Shown: positions 14,186 through 28,715, counted from the stretch's first letter. The stretch: 64,000 bases of DNA from Octopus vulgaris (GCA_951406725.2 OX597814.1:135966001-136030000); one strand, 5' to 3'. Notes: generated by a model from the letters alone, not told the origin. Program-made: numbers and translations.

Positions 14186-17100
14186 ATAGATTAGATTGTA
14201 TCAATACATTGTACTGCGTCAGTTGATTAGTTCCTACCAATATATTGTATTCTCTCAATAGATTAGTTTCTACTAATAGATTAAATTCTATTTGTGGATT
14301 GTATTATTGCAGTAGATTGGAATTAGTAGAGATTAATTACTACATGGTTGTCAGTTTTACATATCACAAGACTTGAGAAATAAAGAGAACAATTTTTTAT
14401 AATCTAAAAAAATAATTTCAAAATCTTTTGAAAAAAATATTGATGGTAATTTACAGAAATTTTATCAATTTAAAAATTAGATTACTTCAATCAGCACAGC
14501 TGAAAGAAGCTGGATTATTGTGCTTAACGATCTTATTAAAACAACATTTCATTATGGTTTAAGTTTGTTATATGAAATGTATTAAATCAACAGCATGGAG
14601 AACATGGTTTCTTTTTTTTTTATTATTTAATTGGTAAATACTTTCTCAGCAGAAGCTTTAAGATCTTTACAAATGACTAAACTTATATTTGTCATGTTTC
14701 TCCTTCAGTTACTGCAACACACTCTGCTTCTCTAGTCTTATAGTAAAATTTTGTTTTCCTTTATGTCAATAACAGTTTAGATTTAAGTTAAATCATGTTG
14801 GGCCCATTAGTGCAGTTGTTGTTTAGCCCCAAGATATCACTATGATTAAGCACATTCAAGATGTGTTCATCTTGTTTTTAAGATTGTGTATTGAGGACTA
14901 CATTTGGAAAAATCATAGAAGTATTTAGTAACTTGATTTGATGTTGGGAGTGAAAGAATCTAGTGTTTCAGGCACTTTATTTCAAGTAAAGCAATCTGTA
15001 GAAGTGTCATCGGCATCTTCTGTCCCTCCACATTGGTCTCATATAAACCTATGGACTCACACTTCTACTTTGACTTTTCTTCCTTACATCCCACTCTCAC
15101 CAAATCTACCATCCCATTCTCACAATACTTACAGTACCACTACTTCTGCAGTAAAGACCCTGACTTTATTTTCAAGTCACAGTAAATGCATTATTTTTTC
15201 TCTCTCATGTGAGTAGTTTTAACCTATTGTGGGCACTGCCCTTGACTGGACACATTAGCCACATGCACTAGTTGCCATGGATCCTTTTTTTGGTTCTCTC
15301 AATGTTCAAGAATCTTGGACTAGCTACAAAGGAGTCAAAAGATGCTGCCAGAAAATTGTTGGAAGCTGCTAAGAAAGCAAGCCATTACATCTTGTTGAAG
15401 AGGGAGTACAATTGTTGCAGCAAAAACAAGTAACGAGGATGGTAGAAACATCTGGCCTAGAGTCACAACATAACAAAACTTGTACTGTTGTGTGGGAATT
15501 TTGTCACCTGCATTGGTGGGTGGTCCCAGGCAAGTTTGGTGTTGCTGTGGAAAGGGCTGAAATACTCACAGAGCTGCTTCATTGCCTGATGAGACATTGA
15601 TTCCTGCATTTGGATACAGAGTACATCAGTACCATCAGCACACAAGTGTTTACTGTAAAAGCAGTGCAGTTTTTAACCCAGGAGATGAAAAGTAATCATG
15701 ATGAATTTTTGTTAAAGTATTTGTAGACTGAAGGATCAAGCTACAAGTGTAAGTTTCAGTCAATTCAAATTGTTAGTGATTAGTTGATAGCAAGAACATC
15801 AAAAGAGCTGCAATTATTATAGGAAATATTAGCCAAAAAGTTGAGTCTATTTAATTCCAAGAAAATGGTATAAAAGGACATTAAATACTCTCTACTCACC
15901 TTGAGTGCAGATATGCTTGTTAGGTATATGCCATTTTAATGTCCACTTTTCCATGTTTGCATGGGTTAGACAGAGTTCATTGAGGCAAATTTTTGATGGT
16001 AAGATGTTCTTCCTGTCACGAACCCTCACCAGTTTCCAAGCAAGGTAATATTTCCCCATGGTCAGACACACTTACACAGAATAATGGAAATGAATGACAC
16101 TGCTTGCATGACAGTGATACTCATTTACAACTATAATGTGATGTCAAGACAAGGGGTGACCCACTCACTTATTCACACGAACATAGACATACATTCACAT
16201 ACACACATGCATATATATGATGGGATTCTTTCAGTTTCTGTTTACCAAATCCATTCACATGGCTTTGGTCTGCCTAAGGTTATATTAGGAGATACTTGTC
16301 CAAGGTGTCACATAGTGGGACTTAACCCATAGCCATGTGGCTGGGAAGAATCTTCTCAAGCACACAACCATGACTCCAGTTAAGAGTCAATGTTTTGTAC
16401 CATACCATTTAAATTTACTCCATGCAACAGTGAAGAGGAGAGAAACTGGAGCAGATTTTTTTTTTATCTTGAAAAAGAACAGGTTCTATGATGCCATTTT
16501 CATCCGGCTATATTTGGTTGTTTTATGAATGGTTGTTAGTCAAAGAGAGATAGTCTTAGCAAGTATAGAAAGTATGAGATATGGACGAAAGTAACTGGAT
16601 ATTTGTCAATGGAAATTTAAGCAGTGTGTTCCTCACTACAATAGGCTGCATAGTAGTAATGAACAAATCAATAAAAACAGTTGATGTGGATGTTGTATAA
16701 GCTTTCCTGTCATTCATAGCAGTGCAAAATTATAATAATGCTTTCAAATTTTGGCACAAGGCATGCTCAGCTGATTATTATTTTATTGACCCTCAAAGGA
16801 TGAAAGCTAAAGTTGACCTTGGTGGAATTTGAACTCAGAAAGTAAAGATGGGTGAAATGTTGCTAAGCATTTTGCCTGGTGTGCTAATAATTCTGCCAAC
16901 TCACCATCTTAGTGTAAAATTACAATAATGATAATAATAATTGTTTCTGCTTTAGACACAAGGTCAGCACTTTTGAAAGGAGGAATTTAATAATATTATC
17001 AACTCTAATACTTGATTGGTACTTTATTTCCTTGACTCTGGAAGGACAGAAAGTAAAGTTTACCTCAATGGAATTTGAACTCAGGATGTAAAGAGCCTGA

Positions 17101-17653
17101 AGAAACACCACAAAGTATTTTTTTTTCTACTGCTCTAATGATTCTCTCAGCTTGCCACTTTAATTAATAATGAAAATAACAGTGATGTCCTTATCAAAAA
17201 TTTTCTGATGTTGATGTAGGTCAGGCCAAATGTATATTTTTCCATTGCATTGGTCTGGAGAAAGGGGTTGTGTCCATAGCCTTTGCAGACCCTTTGGAAC
17301 CAATGTTGTTAATGTTCCTCTTGGATATATGTAAGTCTCACAGATTTTGTCTTTTGATGATACTTGGGTGTAAAAGGTTAGAAAGGAATGAAGGGTGGTA
17401 TTATTTTTCTAGGAAAGAGCACTGTTGGAATTGACAGCAAGAAGATTATGCATAGAAAGTAGATTGTCAAGGACAAATCCAAACTCTGAATTATATTATA
17501 GTTGGTAGTGGAGGTCAGCAAGAGTGCAATTTGACAGGAAGCCAACTGACCCATGAGATCAGATGGATGCAACCTATAGGTGAGCCCTTTTACCTGGAAA
17601 TTTGTGTGTAAGACAACTGAAAGCCTTATTGATGTTAAAGAACAACAAAACTA

Positions 17654-18054
17654 TGTGAAGTATATTTGCCATCTAAATGTGGCTAACCACTAAGGGTGGA
17701 TGTTACTATAGCTTGTAGCCCCAGGAGAACATCTTCTCCAGCTATTGACACACTTTCTGTGCCCTATCGGTATTTGCAAAGGGAAGCCATCCTTCCCATC
17801 GTCGACCTGACGTGATACGCACAGACCCGGGTTTCTGGTTATTTACCCGTCATCAGTGCACGACAATCACCGGTCTTTGATGTGAAGGGGTCCCAATGCA
17901 AATACATATATCCTTTTTCCAGTGACTTTTCGTCACTGATCTCAAAAATGTGTAAACAAGCAATAATAAATCTATGAACGAGGTATAAACAGTAACTGCA
18001 CGATATTGTGAAGTATATTTGCCATCTAAATGTGGCTAACCATTAAGGGTGGAT
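17654..18054 (-). mobile_element. 353-bp unit with 48-bp terminal direct repeat carrying a hammerhead (retrozyme / Penelope pLTR-like)
   Basis: tgtgaagtatatttgccatctaaatgtggctaacca(c/t)taagggtggat at 17654 and 18007 with one mismatch. CpG-retaining interior. Confidence 0.7.
17804..17875 (-). ncRNA. Type I hammerhead ribozyme motif with palindromic stem III
   Basis: Minus strand reads GACC G GTGAT TGT CGTGCA CTGATGA CGGGTAAATAACCA GAAAC CCGG GTC TGTGCG T ATCAC GTCA GGTC. Stem I is extended in three segments, ACCCGGGT is a palindrome, and stem II is imperfect. Confidence 0.75.
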
Positions 18055-20295
18055 TTATTATAACAACACAACTGTTTGCAGTAAATATTTTGAGAGTGAT
18101 AGCATACTTGTGAATGACATAGAGTAAACTTCCATTCGATTTGGCTTTTTGAAAGCTGTACTGATAGTCATAAAGGAAGGTGAGGAAGAAATTCAAAGTG
18201 ATGGAGAAGATTATAGTTAATGTCTTTCTCTGTCACCTTTAAGATTTTGGATGTGTGTTAAGACAGGGTCTGAAGAGTTGTTCTTCTTTGGAATGGGATA
18301 TATTATTGGATGTTTCCAAAAATATCAGGATATATCCTTAAAGAAAATGAGTTAGAGAGTGAGGAGTGAGAGGGAGAGAGCGATTAAAGATTATGGTAAA
18401 GATGGAAGCATTGGGGTGTATTTGTGGGTAGTAGAAGGGTTATTACAACCAGTGGTTTTGATTATTTGAAGCTAATGGAGGTATTTTTGTACTTGGTGTG
18501 CATGATGATTAGCCTAATGTAATGGAAAGCGATAGTTTTGGGGAAGATTTACTTCATGTGTAGGTGAGAAGTGGATGTAAAGGGGTTTGAGAAAGGGGAA
18601 GCTTTCTTAGTGGAAGTACTGCTTGCATAACCTTTAATGTTGAGAAGATGAAGAAAGAAGGATTTTGAAAAGTTGATAGAGATCCTTTTTGACAAAAGAT
18701 AAAAAAAAATTGTGAATGGAGTAATACACTCCCCTACCCAACTTGATGATTAAGGATAGAATAATTTAAAAAAATTATATGGGTACAAACAGTATAATAC
18801 ACAAACCCATATACACATTGACATACATATGCACACCTAACACATAAACATACACACATGTACAGATGTAAACACATGCGCAGATAGGGTTACATATACA
18901 GAAAGACAAAATGGAATAGAGAGGACAAGACCAGAGAGGAGTAGAGACATGAGGAACAAAAAGTCACTGGAAAGGTCACAGAATGTGTGATGAAAGAATT
19001 CTGATTATAGAGCTAAAGTGGAGATGGAATAAATGTGTGTATTTATTGGCAAAAAAGAAAAGAAAATAGCCATTCTCAAATATTACAATATCGATTTCAA
19101 CACACAATTTCACACCAAGTACCTTGCAAAACAAGTATATAAACATTACCCCCCCCCCAGAAAAAAAAAGATTATCTGTAGTTTAAATTTTGGGAAAGCT
19201 TGTAGTTTTATTCATAGTGCAGATAATAGCCTTACATGAGTTGTGATGCTGTAGTGTGTAGAGATTGATGATTTTCTCCATGCAGTGTAGGGCATGTTCT
19301 TTGCCTGAACTACTACAGAGCAGTTATGAGTGAATCACTTGGAGTCACTTGAGGCTATGAATTTTGGATTTGAGCATGATGTGCAGGGTTATGTGTAATA
19401 AGATAGCTTTAGTCAACTACCCAGCTGTTTCTGATGGGTCATAGGTGAAGCACATGTATTACCAGGGATAGCATAGAACTGGCAGTGTTTCCAACCAGTC
19501 AACCAACTTGAAGTGTCATAGGGGCTGAGAAGTGTGTAGAAATCTGGTGGGTAGTTGCAAAAGCTAGTGGTGAAATGGTCTGGTACGTGCAAAAATGGTG
19601 TTGGTTTGGTCTTGGTTAGGTTTGGAATGTGTGTGTCTATTAGGGATATAAGTAGAGGTATGATATAGTCAAAGAGTTGCTAGTAGTTGGAATTGGGAAA
19701 GCATCAGAGGTAGAAGCAGTTGTTGTATTTGGAGATACGGGAGAGGTAGACTGGAAGTCTTTCTTGCTGATATCCAGATGGTAGAGGTGAGTGGATGCTA
19801 TATATGTGTACACACCACTTTTCTGAGTAAAATTTCTTTGTATACTGTTTAGCTTGGGCAGCAGAGATGGACTGTGGACAAGAGTGGATAGAGTTGTCTT
19901 GGAGAGGAATAGAATGTGGCTTGTGACATATGGGATCTAGGATGCTAGAGTAAAGGAAGGAGAACAGCCCTTTGGGTTTAGACATCTAGGTAACTACAAT
20001 GTCTTAGTGTACAGTGATGTTAAAATAACCTTGTACTGGGAACCTGATTTGAATGCTTGCAATGGCGCAAACTCCATGAAAGATAGCCATGGGCCAGTAG
20101 GTACTGTTAAACTGGGCAGCATGACCACTGCTGAGAAGGTGTAGTTACTTTATACTGTATACAACAGGACTGATTGTCTAAACCAGTGGTTCTCAACCAA
20201 GGTCCATATGGGCCTTGGAGTTCCATATAAGATTTTGTTAAAATTTATCAGAAATAAATTGTTTATACTTCTACAATACACAAAACATGCAACTG

Positions 20296-20604
20296 AAAAA
20301 AACTGTATTATTTATATGATGACCAGACATTGCCCTATCTGATTATCATTTATTCCACAGTCTTCAAAATCATTTGGACAGAAAAAAATATGATTTCTGT
20401 AGACAAGGTCAGAACAGTACTGGAGGAGTATATTTTGTCATGGTCAAGTGAATTTTGGAAGAGGGGCCTTGCAAGTCTACCAGATAGGCAGAAGAGCATT
20501 GTAGAAAATGGAGAGTATATTTAAGATTAAAAAAGAACTTTGTTTATCTTAATTTTGAAAAGTAGAAGTATTAAAAAACTGCATTATTTATGGGATGACC
20601 CAAT
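20296..20604 (+). mobile_element. Mariner 3' fragment with TIR
   Basis: PDIALSDYHLFHSLQNHL and EFWKRGLASLPDR..IVENGEYI; ends gcattatttatgggatgacccaata. Confidence 0.8.
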
Positions 20605-21956
20605 AGTATTTTGCTAGAGAGCTTGCAACCAAGAGGCTTCAGTGAGTAGCAGAAAGGTGGATATGCAGAACTTGTACATCAAATCATTGTTTTGGACTTT
20701 ATTCACTTGGAGATCAAATAGACATCTACTGACTCTGATATTTTGAACTCTAGCATAAATTTCAGTCTCATAAAACAATCAGTCCCAAGTTTAACCTTTA
20801 AAAATGGTTGAGAAATTAGCTTTAAACTAGCACCTATTTTTTTAGTGTGAAGAATCTTCTGCTGTCCTTTGTGTTCACACTTATATAAAGGCAGGTTTCC
20901 TACAAAATGCTATAGGAAACAATCCCTGTCTGTTTATGGAAGAATTTTCTGATCAAAATGAAGAGTGAATTTCTTTAGAGTTAGATAAAATTTTGTATTT
21001 TATTACTGTTTATTTCATCCTGTTAATATATGCCACAAGTAGGCAATTAGCTGACCCCTTTCATGATCAGAGGTATGCATCAATAAATTGATCAGCATAT
21101 TACCCTTTTCTCAGAAAATGTGATAACTCAACAGCTAGGTGATACGAGGCAATGAAGAATAAATTGTTCTGACAAGAAATACAATAGAAATTCTTGCCGC
21201 ATATTTGAATTCTTTTATCCATTCATCCTTTCCATTTCTTGCATTTTAGTATTTCAATACAAAGAAGACGGTTATTTTATAGAAAGAACTACTTTTCTAT
21301 TTATGAAAAATCTTTAAGTAATAGATTTTCTTGGCATCTAGTCAAATAAAAAATGCTTTTGCTTGTAGATCTTAGCTCAATTTTGGAACATATGGAGATG
21401 CTTTGTTGAATTTCCATTTCCAAATCTCATGGACATATTATATTAATTCAATATGATTGGCATTGGTACACAGGGATCAATTAATCAATGATTTTTAGTC
21501 ATATCATGCAGGTTACAATAAAGAAAATAGTTAGAATTCTTATAATCAGATCTACCTTTCAGTAAGTAAGCTTGGAAATGGATAATGGATGACATTCATG
21601 TCATTCTCATGGGTATTATTTGCATAAATGAAACAGTACAAGGAGGATCAACACTAATTTGTAACCTTAATTGATTAGAAACTTAACTTCTTCTTCATGA
21701 TGCTTCTCATGGAGATATACACTATTACTTGAAGATTTAAAGTGTTCTATGGTGTAATTGGATATACAGTTATCCAAAATGAAATTTTGTGCTGTCAGAC
21801 CTGTCCATGTGGTTAAGAAATTTCCATTACAATCATGTGGGTCTGCATTTGGTCTCTATCAAGCTTACTAGAACCTTAAAAGTGAAATTTGGTAGACAGT
21901 AATTGTAAAAGTTCATCAACTATATATATGTGTGTGCATGTATATCGGATGAACTT

Positions 21957-22040
<84 letters not shown>

Positions 22041-22214
22041 CATCATCGTTTAGCATCCGCTTTCCATGCTAGCATGGGTTGGATGGTTCAACTGGAGTCT
22101 GGGAAGCCAGAAGGCTGCACCAGGCCCAATCTGATCTGGCAATGTTTCTATGGCTGGATGCCCTTCCTAAAGCCAACCACTCCATGAGTGTAGTGGGTGC
22201 TTTTTACGTGCCAC

Positions 22215-22265
<51 letters not shown>

Positions 22266-22271
<6 letters not shown>

Positions 22272-23000
22272 GGGGTTGGACAAAATGGAAGCACCATAAA
22301 ATTTCAAACAAATTCATTTTAATATGGGGTAGGACTGCCTTTGGCAGTAATTACAGCTTGAATTCTATGAGGTATGGACTTGTACAAAGTTTGAATTGCT
22401 CTAGGGACCAATTCTGTAGGTTTTTACTCCACTCTAAACGCTTAGCAACGTTTGTTTTTGAAAGTAGTGGTTTTCTGATTGCAGCCCTCCCATGAAATCT
22501 GGCTTTGTGCTGCTCCTGGTGAACAGATTTTGTGGAAACTGGGTTCACGAGGTGGTCATTAAGCTCTGCAATAATTTTGGGAGCTGTACTTTTGTGATCC
22601 TTTCTAACAATTCATGTAAGAGTCCAACAGTCCCTATCTGAAAGTTTTGGTTTCCTTCCCGAGTTTTGTTTTGATGAGGAGGTTTTTCCCCCTTTCTCAA
22701 AGGCTGTCATTACTTTCGAAACAGTACTTCTTAATACACCAAACATTTTGGCTGTTTTCGTTATGCTAGCACCTGCCATACGAGCACCAACAATTTGACC
22801 TCTTTGAAAGTCTAATAGATCTGTCATTTTAATGAATTTTAATTACCTTTTTCTGATGATATCTGGAAAGAAACAGCAATTTTAGCAGAACATATTAGGC
22901 AACACTAATAATAAAAAAAAACAAAAATAAATAAGCTTTTGACAATTTTATAGATATTTCAGAATTATGATGCTGTGTGTTTCTATTATTTTGTCCAACC

Positions 23001-23006
<6 letters not shown>
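22266..23006 (-). mobile_element. Internally deleted Tc1-family transposon
   Basis: Imperfect TIRs ggttggacaaaat..gaa at both ends. HTH region FQRGQIVGAR...SGRKPKLSDRD and RKPLLSKTNVAKRLEW present, DDE domain absent. Flanked by (TA)n/(TG)n. Confidence 0.9.
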
Positions 23007-23082
<76 letters not shown>

Positions 23083-23673
23083 TACATAGATAGACATCAC
23101 TAAAGTGATAGAAGGGCACTAAGTAGCATCAAAACAACTCAGTAGCCACAGACATCTATAAATTTGTCTAAGTTGTTAAATTGCTAATAAGCCACCATTA
23201 TTATTTGTAGCATATTTATAAGAGAGGGAGATATATATCATGATCATATTTAACATCCATTGTCCATGTTGGCATGGGTTGAACAGTTCAATCAGAGCTG
23301 GTAAGGTGAGGGGCTGCACCAGCCTCTAGTCTGATTTGGCAGGGTTTCTGTGGCTGGATGTTCTTCTTAATGCCAACCACTCCAAGAGTGTAATGGGTAC
23401 TTTTATGTGCTACCAGCATGGGTGCCATTTGCGTGACACCAGTATCTGTCATGACTACGATTTCACTTGGTTTGATGGGTCTTCTTCTCAAACATGGCAT
23501 ATTGCCAACGGCCTCGGTCATTTGTCATTGTTACTGCAAGGCCCAATGCTTGAAAGGTGTTTTTTTATGTGCCACCAGCACAGGTGCTTGTTACACGACA
23601 TTGGCATCAGCGACATTGCCTCCATGCGGCCCAATGCTCGACAGGTGTTTTTACGTGCCAGCAGCACAGGGTA

Positions 23674-23723
<50 letters not shown>

Positions 23724-26700
23724 GTGATAAATAAAAATATATGCATACATACAAACATATATGTACGTACCTACATCTACATGTATATATACATGCATAT
23801 ATAAATAATTATACGTGAGTACAGGACATATATATAGGGTTCAGTCCCATTGTGCAGTAAAGTGTCATCAGCTATAGCCCATGGCTAACCAAATTTTTGT
23901 AAGTAGATTTTATTGACAGAAACTGAAAGTAGCCCTTCACATATGAATATACGTTTCTGTGTGGGTGTGTTTTTGTTTACATTGTGCTCCTTCAAATATC
24001 ACGCCCTACAAGTGGTAATGTTGTCATTTCTTTTGGTTTTGCACTTTCAAAAAATGTATGAAAGAAGAGATCCCTTTCTTGAAAATCAGGTAAGGGTTAT
24101 CAACAGGAAGGACATTCAGCTGTAAAACAATGCTTCAATAAGATATTCATCTAACCCATGCTAGCAGTGAAAAACAAACAATGAAATGAATTTAAGTATG
24201 TGGCACATGGCTCAGTGGTTAGAGCATCAGGTTCACAATCACGAGGTAGTGAATTCAATTCCTGGATTGGGTTCTGTGTTGTGTTCTTGAGCAAGACATT
24301 TTATTTCATGTTGCTCCTGTTCATTCAGCTGTAGAAATGAGTTGTTAGGTCACTGGTGCCAAGTTAGTGGCATGGAGAGGGGAGGCTGGTATTCATGAGT
24401 GACTGCTGGTTTTCTATAAACAAATTTGCCTGGACTTGTACCTTGGAAGAGAACTTTCTAGGTGCAATCCCATGGTCATTCATGACTGAAGGGGTTTTTA
24501 CCTCTGTGTGTGTGTGTATATATATGTGTATGTGTATATCATCATCATGATCATCATTGTTTAGTGTCCACCTTCCATTATATATATATGTAAATATATA
24601 TAAGCAACAGAGGCAGTATTAATGCTAAGAAGTAATATTTATTCCCACTTAAATGTGGATGTTCTGTTAGAACACACTATACTGCAGTAGATTCTATGAG
24701 AAAGCGGCGAGCTGGCAGAAACATTAGTGCGCCGGACGAAATGCTTAGTGGTATTTCATCTGCTGTTACGTTCTGAGTTCAAATTCCGCCAAGGTCAACT
24801 TTGCCTTTCATGCTTTCAGGATCGATAAATTAAGTACCATTTACGCACTGGGGTCGATGTAATCGACTTAATCCCTTTGTGTGTCCTTGTTTGTCCCCTC
24901 TATGTTTAGCCCCTTGTGGGCAATAAAGAAATAAGTAGATACCATGAGAGAAACTCCCATATTGGCTTTTGGTGTAAAATATCCACTTGTTTATATCGCT
25001 AGTGGGGATTATATATATTTACTCACATACACACACACACAGATGAGATAGAATCATCCAGACAAGTGTATGATTACATTTTTGTTGCCTCTGCTTCTGA
25101 CCAAGTTGATTTTCACTATGGAGTTTATAAAATAAGTAGCAAAGTAGCAGACTGATGCTGATGTAAGCAATTAAAAAAAAAAGCACTTGAAGGTAGTGTC
25201 CCACTGCTGTCATGCTTTGATATGTCTGAAACCAGTAAAAGAATATATTTAAATATTTTACTTGAGTAGACACTTTCTATTGAAAGATGTAAATATGATT
25301 GTGACAATTAGCTTATTTACCTTAAAACACTTTCACATGTTTGCTTAAAAAATGCTGTTCCTTTTTTTTTCTTTTCATTATGTACTAAGTTAAGTAGTGA
25401 CATTCATAACCAAATTACTACTTACTACAGATTATGTTAATTGGTAATCATTAACATTATTATTGTTATGGTAGATAAAAGGAATTTTTCTTGATTTTTA
25501 AATTTTGACCATTGTCCTCAATTTTTCAATTTTATTTTTAGGTGTGATCTAGTGGTTAGGGTGTTGCCCTCATGGTAACAAGATCTTGGTTTCAATTCCC
25601 AGACTAGGTGGTACATTGTGTTTTTGGGCATTTCATTTCATTTCATGTTGCTCCTGTCTACTTAGCTGTAAATGACAGACTGGCATCTTGTTCGAGAATT
25701 GTGATCTTGGTCACTTATACACTATAGAAACCAGGTGACCAGCCCTATGACTTGTAGGACTCAAAACAGTAATGTGTAGGGGTTGATGATTCTCATGATG
25801 ATTATCAGTCTAATGTTAGGCTGGAAATACTACCCAGCATCATAGTTTGTCTTCAGAAGGGGTTACTCTGTTGGAAACATTTGGTGCAGACTACTGGTTT
25901 CCTTACAATCAAGGTGTTGAAGGATTTGTTTGGCTGCATCAGTCCGGCCAATCTAGGAAGGCCTGCATATGTCATAGGCACTTCTCTCCTCCTATAAAAA
26001 AAGAAGAAATAAAACCCCATAAAAGATTTTTTTTTAAAGAAAAACTATCTTTTGGTCTCATAGCATCTCTTTCAATAACTTATTTTTTCTCAAGTCCCTT
26101 CTCCCTTTTTTCCTTGTACTACATATTAGTAATTCCTTATAAATGGTCAAGCTCAACCAGCTGTTCATTCTGTTGATGATAATTCTAATTTTGGCACAAG
26201 GCCAGCAATTTTGAGTGGAGGAGGCAAGGTTATTACATTGACCCCAGTGCTTAACTGATACTTTAGTTCATTGATCTTGAACGGATGAAGGGCAAAGTTA
26301 ACCTTGGCAGGATTTGAACTCAGGACATAACGAGGCAGAAGAAATGCCACTGAGCGTTTTGTCCAACTTTTTAAAAATTATTCCAGCTTACTGTTGATGA
26401 TAATGACTAAAAATATTCTCTATTTAAAATACTTGTTGATTGTTGCTTACTACTCATAGCTTTTCTTAGATAATTCTTTCATAGCCTTAAATAAAAATTT
26501 GGTATTTTTTCTTCAAGGAAAAGATCCCTGCCTCAAAACATTAAAAGTCACCTTTTCTTACAACACACAAACCTTACAAATTTTATGTAGTTTTTTTTTT
26601 TTCTCTAAGCAGACTTATCAATCACTAGTTTTCTAGGATTCTAGGTTTATTACTTCATTTAGTTTGGCAGTTTTCCCGATTAACCTGTACTAATTGACTG

Positions 26701-27723
26701 AATATATTAACATATTTTTACAACTTGCATTGAAGTATTTGAATTAAAGATTAATTGGTATAAATTAATTTAAGTTATTTCTTATAAGAGACCTACTGCT
26801 TCTTTCATACAAAGTATTTGATTTCAGTGAGTTAATAAAATGATGAGAGCTTAATTATAAAGTTTTAAGTTTTAGAAATAGTTTTTAGTTTTTGTTATTT
26901 AGTAACTGGTTTCGAATCAAATTTGTAAAATACACTTATTTTATTTGCTAGTGATATAAAGTTAAATGGCTACATGATTTATTTTTTCCTTACTCATTCT
27001 CATTGCTGTGCTGATAGAGAAAAAAAAATGTGTAATAAAAGCAATTCTGGAATACAGGATGAGGAAAACAATTGCCAGCTCATGTGAAATATTGATCGGG
27101 CTGCAGAGTCCTACATAATGAATGGATACAAACTGTGGAGGAAGAGGAGGAGGAAATTGACTATAGGGTTAGACTGGGTGGGCCAACTCTAGTTCTCAGG
27201 TGATTCAAAAGAGAACATTAATTACTATGTTGCAGATGAATTAATGAATAGAAAAAAAAAAAACGACAACAAAAACATTCACTTGAATTATTTTCGTATG
27301 AAAATAACATGATTGATTTCTATCATGACCTTTAGTCTGCCTAACTATAAGATTGTGAAAGTATTAGAATAAAGTTAATACTATACTAGCTTCTACCAAC
27401 CACCTGACAACAACTATATAACATTGAGCTTTACTCTCTTGAGGAAGACTCATTCAAATTTTGAAGCTATCACATAGTCTAAGGGAGATATTGGAGTGAC
27501 AGCATTTCAGTTACCAGAGGAGTGACTAACTGGCTTTAATTTTAGATAAACGAGGTTGTCGATGATAACTTTTTGCCAGTTGACAGTGTTGGTTAGTCTT
27601 TCAATACTGCTTTTTCGGGACTTACTTTAACCAAGGGCAACTCTCTACAAATTTTGCTTGACACTACTTTTGGGGGTGCTCTGGTACCTTGGTGTTGCAG
27701 TAAGTTTTCTGTCACCATTAGTT

Positions 27724-27855
27724 ATGGACAAGCAACAAATATTATGGCCTCCGTCATGGAATAACAATCATCTTGTTGATAATGCTTCAAATAGCACACG
27801 TGTGGATACCCAAGCTGTGGCAGAGCATAATTCTGTTGTTGTTCGCCTTATGAAG
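27724..27855 (+). CDS. NDRG: Candidate alternative first coding exon A: MDKQQILWPPSWNNNHLVDNASNSTRVDTQAVAEHNSVVVRLMK
   Basis: gttATGG start, 44 codons, phase-0 donor AAG|GTAATT, in frame with the 38619 exon, repeat-free context. Confidence 0.55.
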
Positions 27856-28599
27856 GTAATTAGTCTTTTTGTTTCTTTGCCTAAGCTCTTCTATAGCCTT
27901 TTTATCAAGCAGCTACTTTTCTTCTATATTTTTTTCTTTCAATTATTGCTTCTAGCAGTGACCAGAAGTTTTGTCTCAAATATATAAGTTTTTAGAGAAT
28001 ATTGAACTAATTATTGGGAGTAATTTTCTATATGATTATTTAACACAATACTTCTTTTTAAATTATCTTTATTTGTTGTATAAACAATTCAGTTAATAAT
28101 TTCTTATTTACTATTTTTTTTACTGTTTTCTTATGTATTCTTAATCAATATTTTCATAATTGTTTCTTGTCTTACAACTTCATGATTATTAACTTCAAAG
28201 GGTGCCTTTTATTTGAAAAATGCAACAAAAATATATGATTTGTAAAGTTATTATTATTGTTGTTGTTATTAATAATGTTATTGATGATGATAATGATATT
28301 AATAATAGTAGTATTTCAGTGCTTGAATTTTCTTCAAGGGCTGTGTGTCCTTGAATTATATATTATTTAAATTTTGCTTTTTGATTTTATTTCATAATAT
28401 ATAATTTATAATATATAACTACCTGTTGATTTGATTTGTTTGAGAGAGGAAGTAGAATTGCTACTGTAATAGTCTGCTGCCATGTTCTGATGAGCAGCTA
28501 GTTTATCTATGGCATTGAACATAATAATGGGATTAAAATATCAATAATTGGCAGCAGTACAAGTGTCCCTTCTACTATTCAGATTGGATAAAGTCTCGA

Positions 28600-28715
28600 G
28601 TGAGAGCCAGGAACAGCAACTAGTCTGCACATTACGTGTGCACGAGTCAATACTTCAGTTTTCCACAGTAGCGTTTCGTTATATTCTCTTCAGTCGCCAC
28701 TTTTCCTCCAGTGAT
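28600..28715 (+). promoter_or_regulatory. Putative internal promoter / 5' UTR for exon B
   Basis: Several CpGs in a CpG-poor window. TACGTG at 28633-28638 and TCAGTT at 28655-28660, about 60 nt before the ATG. Confidence 0.3.

Noticed and set aside
18100-20150. Purine-skewed region resembling a decayed LINE on the minus strand
   Set aside because: No diagnostic RT or endonuclease motif could be read, so it is left unassigned.
23095-23150. Possible fossil hammerhead (ctaaagt gat...atc aaaa)
   Set aside because: Too many core mismatches and only a 3-bp stem.
27050-27200. Purine-rich, GC-elevated stretch resembling an exon
   Set aside because: Short ATG frames end in stops before any convincing donor.
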